A stretch of DNA of 64,000 nucleotides from assembly GCA_963783375.1 (NCBI GenBank), contig CAWANH010000029.1, positions 1,056,001 to 1,120,000 on the forward strand, read 5' to 3'. This document shows positions 58,578 to 64,000 of the stretch, in pieces. This DNA is from Candidatus Eiseniibacteriota bacterium (GTDB lineage Bacteria > Eisenbacteria > RBG-16-71-46 > JABDJR01). Position numbers and translations under genes: made by a program. Each line of letters begins with the position of its first letter. The stretch's first letter is position 1. A model generated the notes under the pieces. It searched no databases. It was not told where the DNA came from and worked only from the letters and a program-made list of their open reading frames with translations.

Positions 58578-60506
58578 TCAAGCCTTGACCGTCTCCCGTC
58601 CCGTCGTCTTTCCCATCCGCTTCAGGGCCTCCCGCACGATCATGGACGGCGGAATCGGGTGGCCGGGGACGATCGACCAGCAGTCGATGTCCATGAGCGT
58701 CCGCTCCCGGAGCAGGACGGCGAGCTGGCCGGTGCGCCGGTTCGTCTCGTCGATGAGCGGCGACTCGGGATCATCGCTGTAGTTGATTTCCATGGTCAGC
58801 ACCTTCTTGAACTTCGAGAAGATCTCCTTCAGGCCCGGTTCCAGGGGCGAGAGGAACCGGAGGTGCACCGAAGAAACCGCGTGGCCGTCGGCCCGCATCC
58901 GGTCCACCGATTCCTGGATGGAACCCTCGCTGGATCCCCAGCCCACGATCAGGAGGTCCCCCTCCGGGCCGCCGTAGACCTCCGGGGGCTTGAGGGAACG
59001 GCCCAGGGCGGCCAGCTTCCGGCTCCTCATGTCGCAGCCGAGCTGGTTGGAGACGGTGTCGTAGGCCACCTTGCCCCAGCGGGTGTGGGCGAGCCCGGTG
59101 AGCACGTACTCCCCGCCGGGCTGGCCGGGAATCGGACGCGGGCTCAACCCCGTCTCCGGGTCCCACTCGTAGGGGGCCACCCCCTCCTCCCACGGCGACT
59201 GGTCCACCGGCGGTGCGAACCACTCGGCGGCCACCTCGGGACGGGGGAATGGCTGAACGCCGGTGGCCAGGTTGGCGTCGGTGAGGACCAGGACCGGGGT
59301 CCGGAAGTCCTCGGCCAGCTTGCGGGCCATGACCATGAAGTGGAAGCACTCCTCGATGGTGGCCGGGGCGATCACCACCTTGGGGGAGTCGCCGGGGGCC
59401 CCGTAGATCGCGGCCAGGAGGTCACCCTGCTCCACCTTGGTGGGTAGGCCGGTGGATGGACCGCCGCGCTGGACCACCAGGAGCACCAGCGGAATCTCCG
59501 CCATGACCGCGAAGCCGATGAACTCGGTCTTCAGAGCCATCCCGGGGCCCGAGGTGATGGTGCAGGCCGTCTTCCCGGCGTAGCTCGCTCCAAGGGCGAA
59601 GCCGATGGCCGCGATCTCGTCCTCGGCCTGATGCAGGCACCCTCCGGTCCGGATGAAGGCGCCGCCCAGGTAGTGGGACACCGAGGTGGCGGGAGTGATG
59701 GGGTACATCGCCGCCATCTCCATCCCCGAGGCCATGATGCCCAGCCCCGCGGCCTGGTTCCCGTTCATCACCACCAGAGGCTTGTCGTTTTCCCATCGCG
59801 GAACCTCGAAGGCCATCGCGATGTTCTCCTCGGCGTAGCGGTAGCCCGCCTCCACCAGCTTCTGGTTCAAGGCGATGACCTTGTCCCCCTTCCGCCCGAA
59901 GACGAACCGCACTTCGTCCATGGCCTTCTGGAGGTCTCGCCCGTAGATCTCGCAGAGCATGCCGAGGACGAACATGTTCTTCCCGACCCTCGCCTCCGGC
60001 GCCACCGCGGCAACCTTCTCCTCGATGGGTGTCTCGTGTACCACGAAACCCAGCTCCCGGAACTCCGCCACCGACGCCGCGTACTGCTTGCGGATTTCCT
60101 CCTGGGGATCCTCGGCCCACTTGCTCTCGAGGAGGATCACCGTCCCCTTCTTGAACGCGTTCGACTCGATCCGGCCGTAGAGCACCTGCTCGTTGAAGGC
60201 GACCACGAGGTCGGCCTCGTCACCCATGTTGGTAACGTACTTGGAGCCGAATCGCACGCGGATGCCGCTGGCGCCGGCGCGGGAGCGGGCCGGGGGCTTG
60301 ATCTCGGCGGGGATGATCTCCACCGTCCAGACCCCGTTCCCCATCTTCGCGCTCACCGTCCCGAAGGTCTGGCCCGCCTTCTGGGCCCCTTCGCCGGAAT
60401 CGCTCACGATCTCGACGATCTGCTCTTCCACGCGGGTGCGGGAGCCGTTCCGGTCCGGGGCGCTCTCGCCCGCCGTCGTGAAAACTCTTGTTTCATTCTT
60501 GGTCAT
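58578..60506 (-). CDS. 2-oxoacid:ferredoxin oxidoreductase alpha subunit (gamma-alpha fusion)
   Basis: DSGEGA, YPITPAT, AEDEIAA, TSGPG and QRGGPSTGLPT motifs. Confidence 0.95.
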   Translation of the reverse strand: MTKNETRVFTTAGESAPDRNGSRTRVEEQIVEIVSDSGEGAQKAGQTFGTVSAKMGNGVWTVEIIPAEIKPPARSRAGASGIRVRFGSKYVTNMGDEADLVVAFNEQVLYGRIESNAFKKGTVILLESKWAEDPQEEIRKQYAASVAEFRELGFVVHETPIEEKVAAVAPEARVGKNMFVLGMLCEIYGRDLQKAMDEVRFVFGRKGDKVIALNQKLVEAGYRYAEENIAMAFEVPRWENDKPLVVMNGNQAAGLGIMASGMEMAAMYPITPATSVSHYLGGAFIRTGGCLHQAEDEIAAIGFALGASYAGKTACTITSGPGMALKTEFIGFAVMAEIPLVLLVVQRGGPSTGLPTKVEQGDLLAAIYGAPGDSPKVVIAPATIEECFHFMVMARKLAEDFRTPVLVLTDANLATGVQPFPRPEVAAEWFAPPVDQSPWEEGVAPYEWDPETGLSPRPIPGQPGGEYVLTGLAHTRWGKVAYDTVSNQLGCDMRSRKLAALGRSLKPPEVYGGPEGDLLIVGWGSSEGSIQESVDRMRADGHAVSSVHLRFLSPLEPGLKEIFSKFKKVLTMEINYSDDPESPLIDETNRRTGQLAVLLRERTLMDIDCWSIVPGHPIPPSMIVREALKRMGKTTGRETVKA

Positions 60507-60697
60507 GAGCTCTCCCTGCCTTCTCTTCGTCGAGCTGGGTTTTTTCGGGTGTATGTCCGTTTCCGGCTTTGCGGTTGGGGCCGTTTCGGGGTCCGAGGCC
60601 GCTGGCCGCCCTCTCTGGCATCAGGTCCTCAGTCGGTCGGTCTCCGTCTCCGGGGGCGCGTTCCTGAGGTCAACCCCTCACGGGGCGTGCGTCGTCC

Positions 60698-61141
60698 TCA
60701 ACTGCTCTCCCCCAGATCGGTGTACATGGCGTCGCCCAAGAGCGAGGTTTCTCGGGCCTCGTGGACCTGGACCCGCTGGGACAGCGCGGTCACCTCCCGC
60801 ATCACCTCGGCCAGCGGCCCGTCCAGGCACGCCCGGGCCTTCTCCGAGACCCGGTTGACCTGGGCAAGAAGCTCCCGGTGCTCGTCGAGGAGACGCTGGA
60901 GGTTGGCGAGCAGGTGCGGCGCGGTGTCTCCGATGATCTCGTGGAAACCGCTCGGCGCCTCCTCGCGGGTAAAGTGGATCTCCAGGCGCATCCGGAATTC
61001 TTCCAGCATCGGCACCAGGACCCGAAGGTCGCTGGTCTTTTCCATGCGCCCCAGGCTCTCCTTGAGGGCGCTGTGCTCGTGGGCAATCTGGTCCCTCGGA
61101 GCCTGGTCGGCGGAATTCAGACCGGAGCGCTGCTCTTTCAT
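60698..61141 (-). CDS. Hemerythrin (HHE) domain protein
   Basis: HEH, HFTREE, EH and HEARE ligand pattern; AGGAG RBS. Confidence 0.75.
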   Translation of the reverse strand: MKEQRSGLNSADQAPRDQIAHEHSALKESLGRMEKTSDLRVLVPMLEEFRMRLEIHFTREEAPSGFHEIIGDTAPHLLANLQRLLDEHRELLAQVNRVSEKARACLDGPLAEVMREVTALSQRVQVHEARETSLLGDAMYTDLGESS

Positions 61142-61461
61142 CTCGACTCCCTGGCGCGGAAACGCCCATGTCGGTGTCGAATCCGGACTTGGCCGCCGGG
61201 CCCGATTCCGAACCCCGGTGACCATTTTTCCCACGGATGGTCGCACAGGTTTGTTCCACCCACCATTTCGTTTTAGCGAACCGTATGATCTACTGAGGGA
61301 AACGATACAACATGATCGATTTAGTCGTGTTGCGACTCCCTCCCCCGAAAACGGTCCAGATAGCCCCGGTTTTGGTCCCGATGGGCGCTGGCTGGTAGAA
61401 TTGAGGCTGTTCGTGGGACTCCTCCTGCCGCCCTCACCTCCATCGCCCAAGCGACGGAACC

Positions 61462-64000
61462 ATGAAAAACCTTGTTTCAGGTCGTGTGTTTAACCGGTCC
61501 ACCTCCTCTACCCCGATCACCGTCGCGGTCTTCCTGGCCCTGCTCCTGGCGGTTGGGCCGGCGGGGGCGCCGGCGGAGGCCTCCCCCATCGTCATCGGCC
61601 CCGGTCCGGCGCTGGGCACCGACCGGGCCGGGGTCACCTGGCGCCAGGAGTTCCAGGACTGGACCCACGACGACCTGAGGGCCCTGGACGACGCCGGTCT
61701 GGGAGACTCGGTGTACGGGTTCGGAGACGGCCTGGACGATTCGAGGGACCTTGTCGCCTTCTACGAACGGGAGGAGGGGGCGAACCTCTATTTCCGGGTG
61801 GACCTCTACGACCTCGCCCTGGGCGCCGAGGCCTCGGCGCTGGACATCTACGTGGCCGTCGACGCCGCCCCCGGGGGCCAGGTGTGGTTCCCCGACTTCC
61901 TGGACTGCGCCACCGACCGGCCGTGGGAGCTGTGCGTGGCGGTGTATCAGGCTGGAACCGTCGAAGGCGTCGACTACCGGGTGTTCCGGTCGGATTTCAG
62001 CCCCGTGGCCACCGGTTACCTGGGCTCCTACTTCAACCGCGAGATCGACGCGGTGGAGTTCGGGGTCACCCGCCAAACCCTGGTGGACGCGGGATGGGAC
62101 GGGACGACCCCCCTCACCTTCCAGATCTTCACCGCCAGGGACGGAGCGGAAACGAACTGCGCCGGAGGCGGGAACTCCAGCGATTTGGCCGACGCCTTCG
62201 TGGACGACGACCGCGGCTGCTCGGACGGAGTCCTGAACGGGGGGATCTCCTCCACCGGCACCGCCGGGGTGGTCTACTACGCGTCCATCGCCCATGGAAA
62301 CCAGTCGGTGAACCGGGTCCAGGACATCGGGGCCCACATCTACGACCCCCAGTCGAACACCGGGATCTCCGGGGGCACCGGATTCCAGCGCACCCTGGAC
62401 ACCCACGAAATCTTCGGGGTTCCCCTGAACATCCACCCCAGCGGAACCCTCACCATCGCCGCCAACTGGGCGCGGACCGCCGGCGGGGCCTCGGATCCCC
62501 AGGACGGGCCCGCGTTCCTGGCCCGGATCCGCGACTTCGTGGACGACGACCAGTCCCACGACCCGGGATCGTTGATCGGCGGCGTGCTGGCCGAGCACAT
62601 CATGCCCTACTTCGAGGGGCCGGTGAACGCGGCCTCGATCGCGCTGGAGGACAGCCTGAACCGGGCGGTGTACGGGGTCGGCGCCCAGGATGCGCGAGTC
62701 ATGCACACCCCGGAACGGGTGATCCGTTCCCAGTCGACCGGACTGTCGCCGCTCGACGGGCACACCTTCGCCGACATCGCGGCCAGTCCGTACGTCGCCA
62801 CGTATCTGGACGAGGTGACCCACCTCCACGACTGGTTCCATCCCGGCGAGTCGTGCGACCCCGATGCCGGCTATCGCCACAAGGTGCACGAAATCAACGG
62901 CGTCTACTGCTTCATGATCAATGACCGCGAGGACCAGGCCAAGTTCGGGAACCACGACGGCGGCATGACCCTGGACTCCCGGTACAGCCTGCTGCAGAAG
63001 GCCCTCTACGGGAACTCGAGCGAGATCGTGACGGTGTTCGACGACTGGGAGGCCCTGGCCGGGAAGTCCTTCAACCCCGCCTCGGGCCTGAGCGTGCCCA
63101 ACGACAACCCGAACCAGTACCACAACACCATCCGCTGGGCGGCCAATCACCCCTGGATCCGGATCTCGAACCTCCGCGACCTGCTGGACCTCGCGCTGGG
63201 CGATCCCGCCGATTTCGTCATCGACCACGGCACGCGCTACGACCTCCCCATCGACACCTACCAGTGGCTCCGGCACGCGTCGGAGGACTCCTACCACAAC
63301 TGGTACTACGACCAGGACGGCGGGTCGGCGGGAAACGAGCAGGACTTCTACAACCTGGTGCCGGTGGTGACCGGTTCCCAGGGGGACTACCACTCCCGGA
63401 GCGCCACCCCCGCCGCCGACGGGCCGCCGCTCCCGAGCGGAATGAAGCTGGGCGACATGAACACCCCCGGCACGCTTCTCCACGCGTCCTGGGCCGCGCT
63501 GGAAAACGCGCCCGCCGGGGGGCTCCGCGCCCTGGGCGAGGCCGGCTTCCTGGCCATGATCTACGAGACCGCCTGGCACGAAGAGGACCAGAACGACTAC
63601 TCCGACACCGGTTGCTACGAACCGTGGCTCTCTCCGGACGGAAGCTGGGACGGGGTGAACACCTGGGCGTTGAAGCTCCAGAACCACGCCCGCCAGGCCG
63701 GGTTCTACGCCGCCGCCGCCGGGTGGGCCGCGGATGTCCGCAACGGCCTGGTCGGCCCGGCCACCACGACCGAGGCCACGGATCTGGACTGGGACGGCGA
63801 GAACGAGTACGTGATCCGGAACCAGAGGGTGTGGGCGGTGTTCGAGCGCTACGGCGGTCGGTGCGTGCTGGCCGCCGCCTACGATCCGGCTGCCGGGGAA
63901 GCCGTGGTCGTGGTGGGGGCCCCCCTCACCAATCCCTCCGCGCCGGGGGAAGAGGAGTACACCGGAGCCTCGGCCAGCCGATGCTCGGCGTTCAAGGACG
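61462..64000 (+). CDS. Large secreted protein with GH57-like barrel (partial, runs off right edge)
   Basis: Open frame from ATG 61462 to the window end, signal peptide, and HGNQ, EHIMPY, TPER and DDWE motifs in the order expected of GH57 conserved regions. Confidence 0.65.
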   Translation, partial: MKNLVSGRVFNRSTSSTPITVAVFLALLLAVGPAGAPAEASPIVIGPGPALGTDRAGVTWRQEFQDWTHDDLRALDDAGLGDSVYGFGDGLDDSRDLVAFYEREEGANLYFRVDLYDLALGAEASALDIYVAVDAAPGGQVWFPDFLDCATDRPWELCVAVYQAGTVEGVDYRVFRSDFSPVATGYLGSYFNREIDAVEFGVTRQTLVDAGWDGTTPLTFQIFTARDGAETNCAGGGNSSDLADAFVDDDRGCSDGVLNGGISSTGTAGVVYYASIAHGNQSVNRVQDIGAHIYDPQSNTGISGGTGFQRTLDTHEIFGVPLNIHPSGTLTIAANWARTAGGASDPQDGPAFLARIRDFVDDDQSHDPGSLIGGVLAEHIMPYFEGPVNAASIALEDSLNRAVYGVGAQDARVMHTPERVIRSQSTGLSPLDGHTFADIAASPYVATYLDEVTHLHDWFHPGESCDPDAGYRHKVHEINGVYCFMINDREDQAKFGNHDGGMTLDSRYSLLQKALYGNSSEIVTVFDDWEALAGKSFNPASGLSVPNDNPNQYHNTIRWAANHPWIRISNLRDLLDLALGDPADFVIDHGTRYDLPIDTYQWLRHASEDSYHNWYYDQDGGSAGNEQDFYNLVPVVTGSQGDYHSRSATPAADGPPLPSGMKLGDMNTPGTLLHASWAALENAPAGGLRALGEAGFLAMIYETAWHEEDQNDYSDTGCYEPWLSPDGSWDGVNTWALKLQNHARQAGFYAAAAGWAADVRNGLVGPATTTEATDLDWDGENEYVIRNQRVWAVFERYGGRCVLAAAYDPAAGEAVVVVGAPLTNPSAPGEEEYTGASASRCSAFKD

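Noticed and set aside
61228-61237. TTTCCCACGG shared with the recA promoter region (5108..5117)
   Set aside because: A single 10-bp match between unrelated promoters is plausible by chance.
61477-63687. 736-aa minus-strand ORF and other long antisense ORFs (e.g. 362..2344, 19161..21590, 31557..34085, 38322..40676)
   Set aside because: These are shadows of real opposite-strand genes in high-GC DNA and carry no family motifs.

Overview
A GC-rich bacterial chromosomal window with mostly minus-strand genes. FlgD-type C-terminal sorting domains and a SWGxxKxxYR tail suggest an FCB-superphylum candidate lineage such as Eisenbacteria or Krumholzibacteriota; this is inference only. From left to right it holds: (1) secreted fibre-like paralogues; (2) a recX-recA-thpR-cinA-pgpA housekeeping cluster split by an alternative complex III (actA-F plus a putative actG), SCO and A2-type caa3 oxidase operon; (3) recR-ybaB-dnaX, with dnaX frameshifted in a G7 run; (4) a large Alu-type SRP RNA, four tRNAs (Ala-CGC, Ser-CGA, Ser-GGA, Arg-ACG) and tadA; (5) a peptidase and an L,D-transpeptidase; (6) a 17-kb operon joining a hemerythrin, an intact 2-oxoacid:ferredoxin oxidoreductase, two apparently catalytically dead PFOR paralogues, a full Rnf set, an NqrM-like microprotein and ApbE; (7) a GH57-like secreted protein running off the right edge. 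Two things stand out. First, two homologous tandem arrays of about 104-112-bp units are fused to the 3' ends of both tRNA-Ser genes; each unit carries the last 17 nt of the tRNA (one copy has a 2-bp deletion), a covarying hairpin and a variable segment. Second, the Rnf operon is interleaved with pseudo-PFOR subunits.
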